Shown: positions 43,601 to 57,610, counted from the stretch's first letter. The stretch: 64,000 nt of DNA from Eledone cirrhosa (GCA_964016885.1 OZ024740.1:323702001-323766000), one strand, 5' to 3'. Notes: generated by a model from the sequence alone, not told the origin. Translations and numbers: made by a program.

Positions 43601-46128
43601 CAACAACAACAACAGTAACAGCAATGATAATACACAACAACAACAACAACAGTAACAGCAATGATAATACACAACAACAACAACAGTAACAGCAATGATG
43701 ATACACAACAACAACAACAACAGTAACAGCAATGATAATACACAACAACAACAACAACAGTAACAGCAATGATAATACACAACAACAACAACAACAGTAA
43801 CAGCAATGATAATACACTACAACAACAACAACAGTAACAGCAATGATAATACACTACAACAACAACAACAGTAACAGCAATGATAATACACAACAACAAC
43901 AACAACAGTAACAGCAATGATAATACACTACAACAACAACAACAGTAACAGCAATGATAATACACAACAACAACAACAACAGTAACAGCAATGATAATAC
44001 ACTACAACAACAACAACAGTAACAGCAATGATAATACACTACAACAACAACAACAGTAACAGCAATGATAATACACAACAACAACAACAACAGTAACAGC
44101 AATGATAATACACTACAACAACAACAACAGTAACAGCAATGATAATACACTACAACAACAACAACAGTAACAGCAATGATAATACACAACAACAACAACA
44201 ACAGTAACAGCAATGATAATACACTACAACAACAACAACAGTAACAGCAATGATAATACACAACAACAACAACAACAGTAACAGCAATGATAATACACTA
44301 CAACAACAACAACAGTAACAGCAATGATAATACACTACAACAACAACAACAGTAACAGCAATGATAATACACAACAACAACAACAACAGTAACAGCAATG
44401 ATAATACACTACAACAACAACAACAGTAACAGCAATGATAATACACAACAACAACAATAACAGTAACAGCAATGATAATACACTACAACAACAACAACAG
44501 TAACAGCAATGATAATACACAACAACAACAATAACAGTAACAGCAATGATAATACACAACAATAACAACAACAGTAACAGCAATGATAATACACTACAAC
44601 AACAACAACAGTAACAGCAATGATAATACACAACAATAACAACAACAGTAACAGCAATGATAATACACTACAACAACAACAACAGTAACAGCAATGATAA
44701 TACACTACAACAACAACAACAGTAACAGCAATGATAATACACAACAATAACAACAACAGTAACAGCAATGATAATACACTACAACAACAACAACAGTAAC
44801 AGCAATGATAATACACAACAATAACAACAACAGTAACAGCAATGATAATACACTACAACAACAACAACAGTAACAGCAATGATAATACACTACAACAACA
44901 ACAACAGTAACAGCAATGATAATACACTACAACAACAATAACAGTAACAGCAATGATAATACACTACAACAACAACAACAGTAACAGCAATGATAATACA
45001 CTACAACAACAATAACAGTAACAGCAATGATAATACACTACAACAACAACAACAGTAACAGCAATGATAATACACTACAACAACAACAGTAACAGCAATG
45101 ATAATACACTACAACAACAACAACAGTAACAGCAATGATAATACACTACAACAACAATAACAGTAACAGCAATGATAATACACTACAACAACAACAACAG
45201 TAACAGCAATGATAATACACTACAACAACAATAACAGTAACAGCAATGATAATACACTACAACAACAACAACAGTAACAGCAATGATAATACACTACAAC
45301 AACAACAGTAACAGCAATGATAATACACTACAACAACAACAACAGTAACAGCAATGATAATACACAACAACAACAACAGTAACAGCAATGATAATACACT
45401 ACAACAACAACAACAGTAACAGCAATGATAATACACTACAACAACAATAACAGTAACAGCAATGATAATACACTACAACAACAACAACAGTAACAGCAAT
45501 GATAATACACTACAACAACAATAACAGTAACAGCAATGATAATACACTACAACAACAACAACAGTAACAGCAATGATAATACACTACAACAACAACAGTA
45601 ACAGCAATGATAATACACTACAACAACAACAACAGTAACAGCAATGATAATACACTACAACAACAATAACAGTAACAGCAATGATAATACACTACAACAA
45701 CAACAGTAACAGCAATGATAATACACTACAACAACAACAACAGTAACAGCAATGATAATACACTACAACAACAATAACAGTAACAGCAATGATAATACAC
45801 TACAACAACAACAACAGTAACAGCAATGATAATACACTACAACAACAACAGTAACAGCAATGATAATACACTACAACAACAACAACAGTAACAGCAATGA
45901 TAATACACTACAACAACAATAACAGTAACAGCAATGATAATACACTACAACAACAACAACAGTAACAGCAATGATAATACACTACAACAACAACAGTAAC
46001 AGCAATGATAATACACTACAACAACAACAACAGTAACAGCAATGATAATACACTACAACAACAACAACAGTAACAGCAATGATAATACACTACAACAACA
46101 ATAACAGTAACAGCAATGATGATACACA
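37697..46128. repeat. 37-bp satellite ACAACAACAACAACAGTAACAGCAATGATAATACACT, about 230 copies
   Basis: 8.4-kb array with 34/37/40-bp variants. Confidence 0.97.
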
Positions 46129-46195
46129 ACAATAACAACAACAATGCCTACAAGGAAAAACTAGTTTTTAAAAAATGTGGCTGTGTTGCTGGGCC

Positions 46196-48295
46196 TGTGG
46201 TGGTGGTGGTGGTGGTGGTGGTGGTCTTGTTGTCGTTGGTGGTGGTGGTGGTGTTGTCGTTGGTGGTGGTTGTGGTTGTGGTGGTGGTGGTGGCTGTGTT
46301 GCTGGTGTTGTGGTGTCGGTGGTGGTAGGGTTGTTTGTGGTGGTGTTTTTGTTGTTGATGGTGGTGGTAGTGTTGTTTGTGGTAGTGTTGTTGGTGGTGG
46401 TGTTGTTGTTGTTGTTGTTGGTGGTGGTGGTAGTGTTGTTTGTGTTGGTGGTGTTGTTGGTGGTTGTGTTGTTGTTGTTGGTGGTGGTGGTAGTGTTGTT
46501 TGTGGTGGTGTTGTTGTTGTTGGTGGTGGTGGTAGTGTTGTTTGTGGTGATGATGGTGTTGTTGGTGGTGGTGGTAGTGTTATTTGAGGTGGTGGTGTTG
46601 TTGGTGGTGGTTGTAGTGTTGTTTGTGGTGGTGGTGGTGGTGGTAGTGTTGTTTGTGGTGGTGGTGGTGGTGGTGGTGGTGGTGGTGGTGGTAGTGTTGT
46701 TTGTGGTGGTGGTGTTGTTGGTGGTGGTGGTAGTGTTGTTTGTGGTGGTGGTGTTGTTGGTGGTAGTGGTGGTAGTGTTGTTTGTGGTGGTGGTGGTGGT
46801 GGTGGTGGTAGTGTTGTTTGTGGTGGTGGTGTTGTTGGTGGTGGTGGTAGTGTTGTTTGTGGTGGTGGTGGTAGTGTTATTTGTGGTGGTGCTGTTGTTG
46901 TTGGTGGTGGTGGTGGTAGTGTTGTTTGTGGTGGTGGTGTTGTTGGTGGTGGTGGTGGTAGTGTTGTTTGTGGTGGTGGTGGTGGTGGTGGTGTTGTTTG
47001 TGGTGGTGGTGGTGGTAGTGTTGTTTGTGGTGGTGGTGGTGCTGTTGTTGTTGGTGGTGGTGGTAGTGTTGTTTGTGGTGGTGTGGTTATTGGTGGTGGT
47101 GGTGGTGGTAGTGTTGTTTGTGGTGGTGGTGGTGGTGGTGGTGGTAGTGTTGTTTGTGGTGGTGGTGTTGTTGGTGGTGGTGGTGGTAGTGTTGTTTGTG
47201 GTGGTGTGGTTGTTGGTGGTGGTGGTAGTGTTGTTTGTGGTGGTGTGGTTGTTGGTGGTGGTGGTGGTGGTAGTGTTGTTTGTGGTGGTGGTGTTGTTGG
47301 TGGTGGTGGTAGTGTTGTTTGTGGTGGTGTGGTTGTTGTTGGTGGTGGTGGTAGTGTTGTTTGTGGTGGTGGTGGTGGTGGTGGTGTTGTTTGTGGTGGT
47401 GTTGTTGTTTTTGGTGGTGGCGGTAGTGTTGTTTGTGGTGGTGGTGGTGGTGGTGGTGGTGGTGGTGGTAGTGTTGTTTGTGGTGGTGGTGTTGTTGTTG
47501 GTGGTGGTGGTGGTAGTGTTGTTTGTGGTGGTCGTGGTGGTGGTGGTGGTAGTGTTGTTTGTGGTGGTGGTGTTGTTGGTGGTGGTGGTAGTGTTGTTTG
47601 TGGTGGTGTTGTTGGTGGTGGTGGTGGTGCTAGTGTTGTTTGTGGTGGTGGTGGTGGTGGTGGTGGTAGTGTTGTTTGTGGTGGTGGTGTTGTTGGTGGT
47701 GGTGGTAGTGTTGTTTGTGGTGGTGTGGTTGTTGTTGGTGGTGGTGGTGGTAGTGTTGTTTGTGGTGGTGGTGGTGGTGGTGGTGGTGGTAGTGTTGTTT
47801 GTGGTGGTGTGGTTGTTGTTGGTGGTGGTGGTGGTAGTGTTGTTTGTGGTGGTGGTGGTGGTGGTGGTGGTAGTGTTGTTTGTGGTGGTGGTGTTGTTGG
47901 TGGTGGTGGTGGTGTTGTTTGTGGTGGTGTGGTTGTTGTTGGTGGTGGTGGTGGTAGTGTTGTTTGTGGTGTTGATGGTGTTGTTGGTGTTGGTGTTGTT
48001 GCTGTTGTTGTTGGCGTTGTTGTTGCTGTTGCTGTTGGGGTTGCCGCTGATGGTGTTGTTGCTGTTGTTGGCGTTGTTGTTGTTATTGCTGCTGTTGGCG
48101 TTGTTGTTGCCGCTGATGGTGTTGTTGCTGTTGTTCATGGCGTTGTTGTTGCTGTTGCTGTTGGGGTTGCCGCTGATGGTGTTGTTGCTGTTGTTGGCGT
48201 TGTTGTTGTTATTGCTGCTGTTGGCGTTGTTGTTGCCGCTGATGGTGTTGTTGCTGTTGTTCATGGCGTTGTTGTTGCTGTTGCTGTTGGGGTTT
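46196..48295. repeat. (GGT/GTT) compound array with GGTAGTGTTGTTTGTGG motif and terminal 123-bp duplication
   Basis: Directly visible. Confidence 0.9.
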
Positions 48296-48691
48296 ACAAC
48301 AAGGTCGAGTAAAAGTGCACAATGGCAAGACTAAGTTAAAATGAAGATATCATAATAATAACAATCATCACCATTACTGTTATTACCATTGTTATCATAA
48401 TTACCAGCGTCTTTACTATCATCGTCATCGTCATCATCGGCGTCGTCATCGTCGTCATCATCATCATCGTCTCTCACACTTTTGTTGCTGTTGTTCATGT
48501 TGTTGGCGGTTTCTAAAAGTCATCAAATAATAAAGAAATAGAGATTGCTAGGAATCGATGTGTTACACTGAATGAATAATGCATATATATATGTGTGTGT
48601 GTATGTATGTGTGTGTACGTGTGTGTGTGAGTGTGTGTGTGTGAGTGAGTGAGTGTGTCTGTGTTTGTGTGTGTGTGTGTGTGTGTGTTTG

Positions 48692-48760
<69 letters not shown>

Positions 48761-48879
48761 CGTGCGTGTGTGTGTGTGTGACTTACTGAGGGGCATATAT
48801 CTATCTATCTATTTATCTATCTGTATATATAAGTGTGTGTGTGTGTGTGTATAATGACTGTGTTGGACGAGGTGATGGT

Positions 48880-49270
48880 TTTTACTTTAATGTGTTAGTT
48901 GTGATGATGGTTTAAAGTCTTCAATATATAACAGAAATGACTCTGGTTGTGGTGATAGCTTAAAGAACTCAATAGCATAAATGATTGTTTTCATTGTAGA
49001 GATTGCTAAAACCCTTCTCATAACATGATATGATATGATTGGTTTAGCTGTAGTGATGGCTTAAAGACCTTCTTAATATATAACACATGACTGTTTTCGT
49101 TGTGGTGACGGCTTAAAACCTTCTCATAACAAATGATTGGTTTAACTGTCGTGATGGTTTAAAGACCTTCTCAATATATAGCACACGACTGTTTTGGTTG
49201 TGGTGATGGCTTAGACATATTCGCAATAGTTAAAGCATAAATGGTGGTTTTCGTTGTGGTGATAGCTAAA
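48880..49270. repeat. Degenerate 45-60 bp tandem repeat
   Basis: Recurrent GTTGTGGTGATGGCTTAAA..CCTTCTCA. Confidence 0.7.
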
Positions 49271-49467
49271 TGTAGTAGAATTTTCTGGAGATGACTTAGC
49301 GACATTGCTCTATAAAACCAGCATATAATGTAATATAATATATAAATGCAGTGGTTATTGTAGGTGTGGTTGGTGTATTTGTGTTGGTGGTGGCTTTCGG
49401 CATTGTTATCGTTGTTGTTGTCGGTGGTGTCGTTGTTGACGTTGTTATTATTGTCAGTGGTGTAGGG

Positions 49468-49910
49468 AAATGGATTGGCAGTATCGGTAGAGAGTCGGAT
49501 GACATGCTTTGCAGCATAGAGTTATGGTCCTTTACTGTGTGAGTTCGTTCAAATCCAGCTGAGGTTAACCTTGCCAGTCATCCTTACGGGGTCGATAAAA
49601 TAAAGTACCAGTAACGTACTGGAGTCGATTTAATCGACTTTCCCCGCTCCCAACAAATTACTGGCCTTGGTCCTAGAGTAGAAATCATTATTAATATTTT
49701 GTGTAGGGTCGGTAGAGTGCCGACCAAAATGCTTTGTGGGATTTAATTACGACATTCTAGCGTTCTGATCTCAAATCCCGCCAATATCAGCTTTGTCTTT
49801 CATCCTTACGGGGTCGATAAAATAAAGGACCAGTAATGTACTGAGGTCGATTTAATCGACTTTCCCCTCCCACAAAATTGCTGGCCTTGTGCCTATATAA
49901 GAAACCATTA
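49468..49910 (+). mobile_element. SINE dimer
   Basis: Two units with CATCCTTACGGGGTCGATAAAATAAAG. Confidence 0.85.
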
Positions 49911-50285
49911 TTGTTCTTGTTCTTGTTGTTATTGTTGTCATGTACATTATCGCTGATACTGATGTTGTTGTTGGAGTTAGCCTCTTTGCTGCTGCTGTTA
50001 TCGTCCTTGTTGTTTTTGTCGTTGTTCTTGTAGTTATTGCTGTTGTCGTTGCTGTTGTTACTCATGTTGTTTTATCGGTTGTTATCGTTATCAATGACGT
50101 AGGTATTTTGTTCTTTCTCTTTATTTTCATTTTTCATGTTTGTCTCCCCCACCCCAAACATCGAAACCAAAGATCAAATCCAATTAATATCATTTCCCAA
50201 TTGAATCCATCAACCAATTCCATCTCCAAGAAGATTTCCTATATTCTTCCTACCTAGTCCTTATATTTTTCAGAGTCTCCATATT

Positions 50286-50373
50286 CTTCTTCTTCTTCTT
50301 CTTCTTCTTCTTCTTCTTCTTCTTCTTCTTCTTCTTCTTCTTCTTCTTCTTCTTCTTCTTCTTCTTCTTCTTC
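50286..50373. repeat. (TTC)n microsatellite
   Basis: Directly visible. Confidence 0.95.
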
Positions 50374-50722
50374 TATAATTACTATTATTATTATTACTAT
50401 TATTATTATTATTATTAATATTATTATTATTAATATTATTATCCGAAAATTTCATCATCTTCGATTTATCGTTGTTTTATCCAGAGCTATTTACAGTTAC
50501 AGTTGCAATTGACATGGAAATCCCTAAACCCCTCTGGCTATTGACATGATATGGAAGAGACGGGAAAAGGAGAGGGGAATGTGGATAGATGTCTATAGAA
50601 ATAGCTTCATATGAAATGCTACAAGTTAAAGAAAAAAATATATAAGTAAATTTGACAGAAGGAAATTTATATCTGGGGATTTAGAATATAAATATTTTCA
50701 AGAAAGTGTATGTATGTGCGTG

Positions 50723-50753
<31 letters not shown>

Positions 50754-50772
50754 ATTTTGAATGTATATAATG

Positions 50773-50815
<43 letters not shown>

Positions 50816-50816
50816 T

Positions 50817-51257
50817 ATAACAAATTATCGTTATAGGTAATCCAGTTAGAGGTTGTGAGTACTCTGTACTCTGGATAGTTTTAACGTACGGCGTTGTTTG
50901 ACTCAACAAGAGGTTTCCTTAGTTAGGTGGCCAGTTCACGAGAATTCCTATGCAAGTTAATCTTGGAGTAATAATAGTGAAAGAGTGAAGAATAACATGA
51001 TCAACAGTACAAAAAGGCTTTTATTTACAGTATTAACAACTGTTTCATTGATTAGGATGTCTAAAGCTGCTAATCACTCGAAGTTGTGTCATTCAACCTT
51101 CATCGGATGATTTGATTAGGCATACATTGTATTTAAGGTTGAGTGACACAATTTCGAGTGACTAGCAACCTTTAGACATCCTAATCAATCAAACAGTTGT
51201 TAATACTGTAAATAAACCCTTTTTGTACTATTGACCATGTTATTCTTCACTCTTTCA

Positions 51258-51260
<3 letters not shown>
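50817..51260. mobile_element. Fold-back insert related to 34617-34930
   Basis: Inverted arms about 50978-51100 and 51135-51258; minus strand has GAAACAGTTGTT and a degenerate CCGATGA. Confidence 0.7.
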
Positions 51261-51293
<33 letters not shown>

Positions 51294-51451
51294 CGTATAT
51301 ATATATTGCGTATATGTTGGTTGTTTACCGACACCTCAGTATGCAGATTGGAGCACTCGACGAAGTGCGCTGGTTGGTTTCATTACTCCGGAGTAATGTA
51401 AAATAAACTAAAATAAATAAGTCAAATATTTAAAATTTGGCTTGGTTTATT

Positions 51452-51506
51452 ACTGCTATATATATTTCGGTGACAGCCAACTTTGGCTGTGACCTCTTCA
51501 GGTAGT
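51452..51506 (-). ncRNA. Minimal hammerhead in insert 51305-51645
   Basis: ACUAC-CUGAAGA-GGU-C-ACAGCCAA/UUGGCUGU-C-ACC-GAAA-UAUAUA-UA-GCAGU; inverted arms 51401-51443 and 51584-51626. Confidence 0.8.
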
Positions 51507-51636
51507 CCGAATTAGTGTGGAGGAGGCGAGTACCCATGTTGTTGAGGTGTTTAACTTCGTCAATACTCTGATATGCCTAAACGAAGCCAAATTTTAAATA
51601 TTTGACTTATTTATTTTAGTTTATTTTATTTTAGTT

Positions 51637-51683
<47 letters not shown>

Positions 51684-52052
51684 ATACATTCACACATATA
51701 TATATTTATATGTATATGTGGGGGGGGGGGGGTAAATGTATATGATATATATTAAATAATAGATATGTATCATAAGAATGAGGAGAGAGTACAAATTATG
51801 ACACAATATACTAGACGCCAATAGCCGAAGCGAAGTGTGCTCAATGTTTAGGGTGCAGTGTTAAATATTATAGAAGGGTTAATATTTAATGAAAGTTAAG
51901 TGTAGAAGGTAAGCAGAGCAAGTATAACCAGAATCAAAGGAGGAAAAGGCAATATATTTAAAAACAAACTTTTTATCTTACATAGTGTTCCAATCACGAA
52001 TAACAGTTCACACTTATATGTGTGTGTACGCATGCATATGCATTATTATTAG

Positions 52053-52240
52053 TGGTGGATTGGCAGTATCGGTGGAGGGTCGGACGCCATGCTTTCCAGC
52101 ATAGTTACGTCCCTTTACGATCTGAGTTCAAATCCCGCCGAGGTTGACTTTGCCTTTCATCCTTACGGGGTCGATAAAATAAAGTACCAATAATGCAGTG
52201 GGTAATTGCTGGCCTTGTGCCTAAAGTAGAAACAATTATT
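52053..52240 (+). mobile_element. Young tRNA-derived SINE
   Basis: A box TGGCAGTATCGG, B box GAGTTCAAATCC, conserved core. Confidence 0.9.
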
Positions 52241-52589
52241 ATTAATGATATTTGTATGGAATCTTCAGAGAAGAAAGAATCGTTTATATTGATGTTACTG
52301 GAAGTTAGTCCGACTTATCTTTTCTTGGATAAAAATTCCTTTAAAGGAGAGGCAAATAGACGTCTGAGTGCATAACTTAGGACGATAAATTCAAATATGT
52401 CTAATTTGTAAATTAAACGGTCTGATTGAAGCTATCTATGAAGTCTGATAATATTCAGTTATGTAACTGCTATAGATCAGACAATATATCAATATGATCA
52501 CCCCTCCGTAACGATCGTAAAACAATGATATGAATAAGTAAAATAACTTGACTGTGTTGTTAGTATTTTCATTGTTAGATTAATACCTA

Positions 52590-52620
<31 letters not shown>

Positions 52621-52632
52621 TACACACACATA

Positions 52633-52698
<66 letters not shown>

Positions 52699-52976
52699 TA
52701 TATATATATGTGTGTGTGTATGTGTGTGTGTAAAACGTAAACAGAAATAACAACAAAATAGGTACAGTATATGGAAGGAATATATTAGGCTAACACTTCA
52801 AATAGCAGGACATGGCGCTGATAATGAAAGACAGTGACCGCTGGAGAGAACTCATCGGAAATTTTACCCGCCTTTATATATATAATCATTTTATTATGGC
52901 TAAATAGTGAATAATGTTGACCTGGAGTTTCACCTGTTTATCGAGTACACTTTTCTCTCAGCCGTCAACAACATAC

Positions 52977-53032
<56 letters not shown>

Positions 53033-53841
53033 TTGGTGAGGGTCATATTTGTGTAATATTGCCAGAATTAATAACAGAACACACTCACAGTTTGGTTGGT
53101 TTTCGCTTTTCGCTTCTGTGTCTTTTATATCGGTAATCTAATTTATTCGGTCCTCAATGTTGCCATTGACTGACCAACGGTCAAAAATAATACAGATACA
53201 ATATAGTTTATCAAAGTTCTTTCGTTGCACATCTGCAACATCGTCAGTGGTGCTATTGTTTCCTCCCGTTACATTGTATTTTCTACGCCATCTTTATTTA
53301 GTCTGTTTCTATATTTATTTATTTGTTTATTTTATTTTGTCTTCTTTGCGCATGCGTTTGCGTGTGTGTATAGTGTTTTGTTTGATGTGTGAACATTTTA
53401 GTAAGTAAGTTAATTTTTAATTTTTAAAATTTTATTACTTTACGTCTTTCATATAATTGTTCTGCATCCCCCTGCATTGAACCACCTAGGTACTTTGACA
53501 TAACTTATATATTTACTAGTATTAGTGTACATCTGTACGCATATGTTGGTAGATGTATTAATTCTATATATTTATCTCCAAATTATTTGTTGAGCAAACT
53601 TGCCAAATCTACTGCTAATTCATAGTAGTAGTAGTAGGCTTTGTCATAATACCACCCACTCCTAACTGACTAACCTCAGTGTCACGTGATTGATTCTTTA
53701 GAATACACCACTGACCAGAGGCAGTGAACTTTTTCAGTGCTATGGAATTTAGTCCCCGCTAGCTTATTACATCCACTGAATTATTATTTTTATAAGAGTT
53801 CCTAGTGTCCGCGCATTGCCTGGGAACTTAGCTGAGAATAG

Positions 53842-53923
53842 ACTCCCTGATGACGTAATGAATTCTCGATAGTTACATTGTGTAACTATATTTATCCCAT
53901 TACAGAAACTAATTAGTTGGAGT
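53842..53923 (+). ncRNA. Hammerhead in terminally redundant insert 53033-53990
   Basis: ACUCC-CUGAUGA-C-GUAAUG..AUAGUUACA/UGUAACUAU..CAUUAC-A-GAAA-CUAAUUAG-UU-GGAGU. Confidence 0.85.
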
Positions 53924-54431
53924 GAAAATTTTAGTAAGTAAGTTAATTTTTAATTTTTAAAATTTTCTTAATTTACGTCTTTCATATATATATATATATA
54001 TATAGGATGGTGTTCTGCAGTTTCTGTCTAACAAGGCAATAGTGGAAGATATTTGTCCAAGGTGTCAACAGGCAAGGAGACTTACATTTTTCACCACATG
54101 GTCAATGAATTTTTGAGAAACTCTGGCTATGATACCACAATTAAGTGATATTCTAAGTACGAGAGAAACATCATTGTCGGTGTTTTTGTTTTTCTTCTTT
54201 CATATGGGAGGAGTTATTCCGTCACGTGGTGTATTTACTTCACACTAAACTCATATATAGACCCAGCCCATGTCTCGCGAGATTAAATTGCTACAAATAC
54301 ACAATCTCATTAAATAATTTCATTAATATTTCTAATTAATTCGATGCACTCAAATCAATATCCATTACCATATATTTCGAAATTAAAATAGTAAAATATT
54401 TCTTGGGAGAAAAGAATCTAAAGAACACACT

Positions 54432-54578
54432 GATTGTTGTTGTTGTTGTTGTTGTTGTTGTTAATACTCTAGTCGTTCTTGCAGTTACCGTTGTCGTTGT
54501 TGTTGTTGTCGTTGTTGTTGTCGTTGTTGTTATTGCTGCCGTTGTTGTTGTTATTGTTGTCGTTATTAATGTTCTAGC

Positions 54579-54611
<33 letters not shown>

Positions 54612-55225
54612 CATTTTTGTTGTTATTATCGTTGTTGTTATTGTTGTTATTGTCGTTGCTCCTTTTGCGGTTTCTATCATTTCACCGCCATTCATCAGCG
54701 ATATCATCATCACCACTACCACCACCACCATCACAGCACTTCCATAACAACAGCTATCACCATTATCAACACCAACAACATTATCGCCACCACCACCATC
54801 ATCACCATCATCATCATCATCATCATAGCTACAACAATCACCATTGTTATCGTAATCAGCCCCATCATCACCACCACCACCACCCACAATACCAGCACCA
54901 CAACAACAACCATCACATCCTCACTAACTCACATCACCACCACCCTACCATCGCCTCCATCATTATAACCACAACCATCACCATCGTTATCGTCATCAGC
55001 CCAATCACCACCACCACCACCACATCACCCACAATACCAGCACCACAACAACAACCATCACATCCGCACTCCCTCACATCACCACCACCCCACAATCACC
55101 ACCATCACCATCGTTATCGTCATCAGCCCCATCACTACCAACAATACCAACACCACATCAACAACCATCACACCCCCACTCCCACCACTCCCTCACCACA
55201 TCCCCCACCGCCACCACCATCATCA
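54432..55225. repeat. (GTT)n followed by (CAC/CAT)n low-complexity tracts
   Basis: Directly visible. Confidence 0.85.
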
Positions 55226-55544
55226 ATATAGTCATCTGTTATATATCATTCTCCTATATTACCACAACGTGTTAAGAAGTTTTGTTGATGAGATTAAAAT
55301 GGATTAAAACAAAATGAAGCTCCTATTAGAAAACCTAGAGCACTACACCACACACACAAGCATACATACACATACAGCCACACAAACATATATACCTATG
55401 TGTGATGCGTATGAAAGTATGTATATATGTAAATATTCATATACACGACACACCAGACATACATCTGTCACCCCACATATGTCTGTGTGTGGGGGATGAC
55501 GGTGTATAATGTTGTAGTGATATAGCTCTCTAAATATATATATA

Positions 55545-56389
55545 TATCAAAGGTATATATTGAGTTAGAAACTCAAAATAATCTCTTACAATAAAATAGT
55601 TCTAAGAAAGAGATTTTTCCGAGCCGTATATCATAATTGAACATAAAAGAGAGATAAACACAGATATATACATATATGTGTTCAAATCGTAAGGGATCAG
55701 GTTCACTAAGGTGAAAAAAATACTAACTATGGACAATAGGGTTTGCCAGACTCAATTTAGAATAAATCAAGAAAATAAATACAAACCGGAATTGTGGTAA
55801 CTACCAATCACCCATACAGCGCTTGGCTATGTTGTTTCGCAAATTAATTGCGAAGAGAATTACCAATTCTTGCTCATCAGTGGGTGGAAATTAGTAAACT
55901 TCTCACTTCTAAGAATATCAGACAACTGAATAGTGTGCGGATATATAATAACGCACATGGTAGTAGAACTTAGCGTGTCTCACAAACTCACACCACTAAA
56001 AATAGCAGCCAAGTTTACTCGACATTTAAATTAGCTCGACAAATTAACGGAGCCGAATATATCAAAGGTATATATTGAGTTAGAAACTCAAAATACTCTC
56101 TTAGAATAAAATAGCTCTAGGAAAGAGATTTTTCCGAGCCGTATATCATAATTGAAGCAAGAATTGGTAATACTCTTCATAATTAATTTGCGAAACAGCA
56201 TAGCCAAACGCTGTATGGGTGATCGGATTGTATTTATTCCGGTTTGTATTTATTTTCTTGATTTATTCTTAAATTGAGTCTGGCAAACCCTATTGTCCAT
56301 AGTTAGTATTTTTTCACCTTAGCGAACCTGGTCCCATACGATTTGAACTCATATATGTATATGTCTGTGTTTATCTCTCTTTTATATTC

Positions 56390-56395
<6 letters not shown>
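55545..56395. mobile_element. Element with direct plus inverted repeat (pLTR-like) layout
   Basis: Direct repeats 55545-55640 and 56060-56156; inverted repeats 55634-55873 and 56157-56395. Confidence 0.8.
55810..55885 (-). ncRNA. Type I hammerhead with full stem III
   Basis: ACCCA-CUGAUGA-GCAA..UUGC-GAAA-CA(A/G)C..GCUG-UA-UGGGU; the partial copy at 56157-56220 has the paired CAGC. Confidence 0.85.
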
Positions 56396-56461
<66 letters not shown>

Positions 56462-57163
56462 AGATAAGCAGAACAAGTAAAATTCAACCAATTTTTCAAA
56501 ATAAATCAAAATTAATTTACAATTAAAATTAATCAAAATTAAAAAATATAATATAAATATTTACCTATTCGAGTGGCTCTTACTGTACAGTTTCACTTTG
56601 CAAAACATTAGATATCACATGGATATTAATGGAAAAGCAAAGATCATCAGAGAAGCATTTTCCTTTCCTAGGGTTAAAAACCCCAGGAACGATAAGATAT
56701 ATGACCTCACTCCAACTAATACAGGTCTGAAAGGTCGTGAAAGCGACCCATAAATACGTTGGTGTAAAGTAAAGGCGGGAAATCGTAGACTTGTTGTCTA
56801 TGTTCGCCACCAAAAATAAATTTAGCAGCTAGATAGAACGACATAATTTTTTCTCTACATAATCGGAGAATAATGAATAAGGTTAATATATATCTGAGGG
56901 TACAATGTACCCCCAGAAATACATAGGTTGTCTATGATTCAAGGTGGTTCTATGGTAATAATTTGATATACCAGAACTTAATATCAAGATAAGCAGAACA
57001 AGTAAAATTCAACCAATTTTTCAAAATAAATCAAAATTAATTTACAATTAAAATTAATCAAAATACATGGGAAGGGACGAGGGATATAAGAACACACGCC
57101 TTGTCCGTTCCCTTGTCGTTTCACTTTGGATTGCCTCGGGAACGTAACCTTATTATGTAAGAA

Positions 57164-57238
57164 TCTGTCTGATGATGTCATGGCACTGGGTAAACGGAAT
57201 CGTGTGGCCACTGTCGTCATTGAAATATGTATCACAGA
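57164..57238 (+). ncRNA. Probable damaged hammerhead
   Basis: UCUGU-CUGAUGA...GAAA-UAUGUA-UC-ACAGA; stems I and III fit, but the stem II register overlaps the core. Confidence 0.55.
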
Positions 57239-57610
57239 ATTATCAATAAAGGACTTTAACATCTGAAACTACTTCGCATTTTCTTATTATTATGTATATA
57301 TATATATATAATAATAATGCTACCATTCTATTTTATATCAATGTGAACTGCTATTTCTAATAGCCATCTTTTCACCCCTTGATAATTTGTGTGTGAGACA
57401 CGTTGGCTGAGGGCTTCTGACAGGAACTAAAAGATTGACTCTTTTTAGCTTCCCGTCCCCACGTAAAATTTGTAAATCGGTGGCTAGTTGAGAGATAGAG
57501 TCCTATCGGTTGCCAGTTGCTAATCGCTTTACCGTGTCGGTTGTCACAAACAGTCATGACCAGCATGGGTCGGTGTTTGGATTCTGTCGATCGATTGGTT
57601 ATTGATTAAG

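Noticed and set aside
37697-46128. CRISPR-like regular 37-bp repeats and Cys-rich ORFs
   Set aside because: No unique spacers, no cas genes, eukaryotic context; the ORFs are satellite read-through
46168-48334. Thr/Asn-rich mucin-like and Gly/Val-rich ORFs
   Set aside because: Open in several frames on both strands, entirely low complexity
52053-52140. tRNA gene
   Set aside because: A and B boxes belong to a SINE head; no cloverleaf, and it continues into the SINE core
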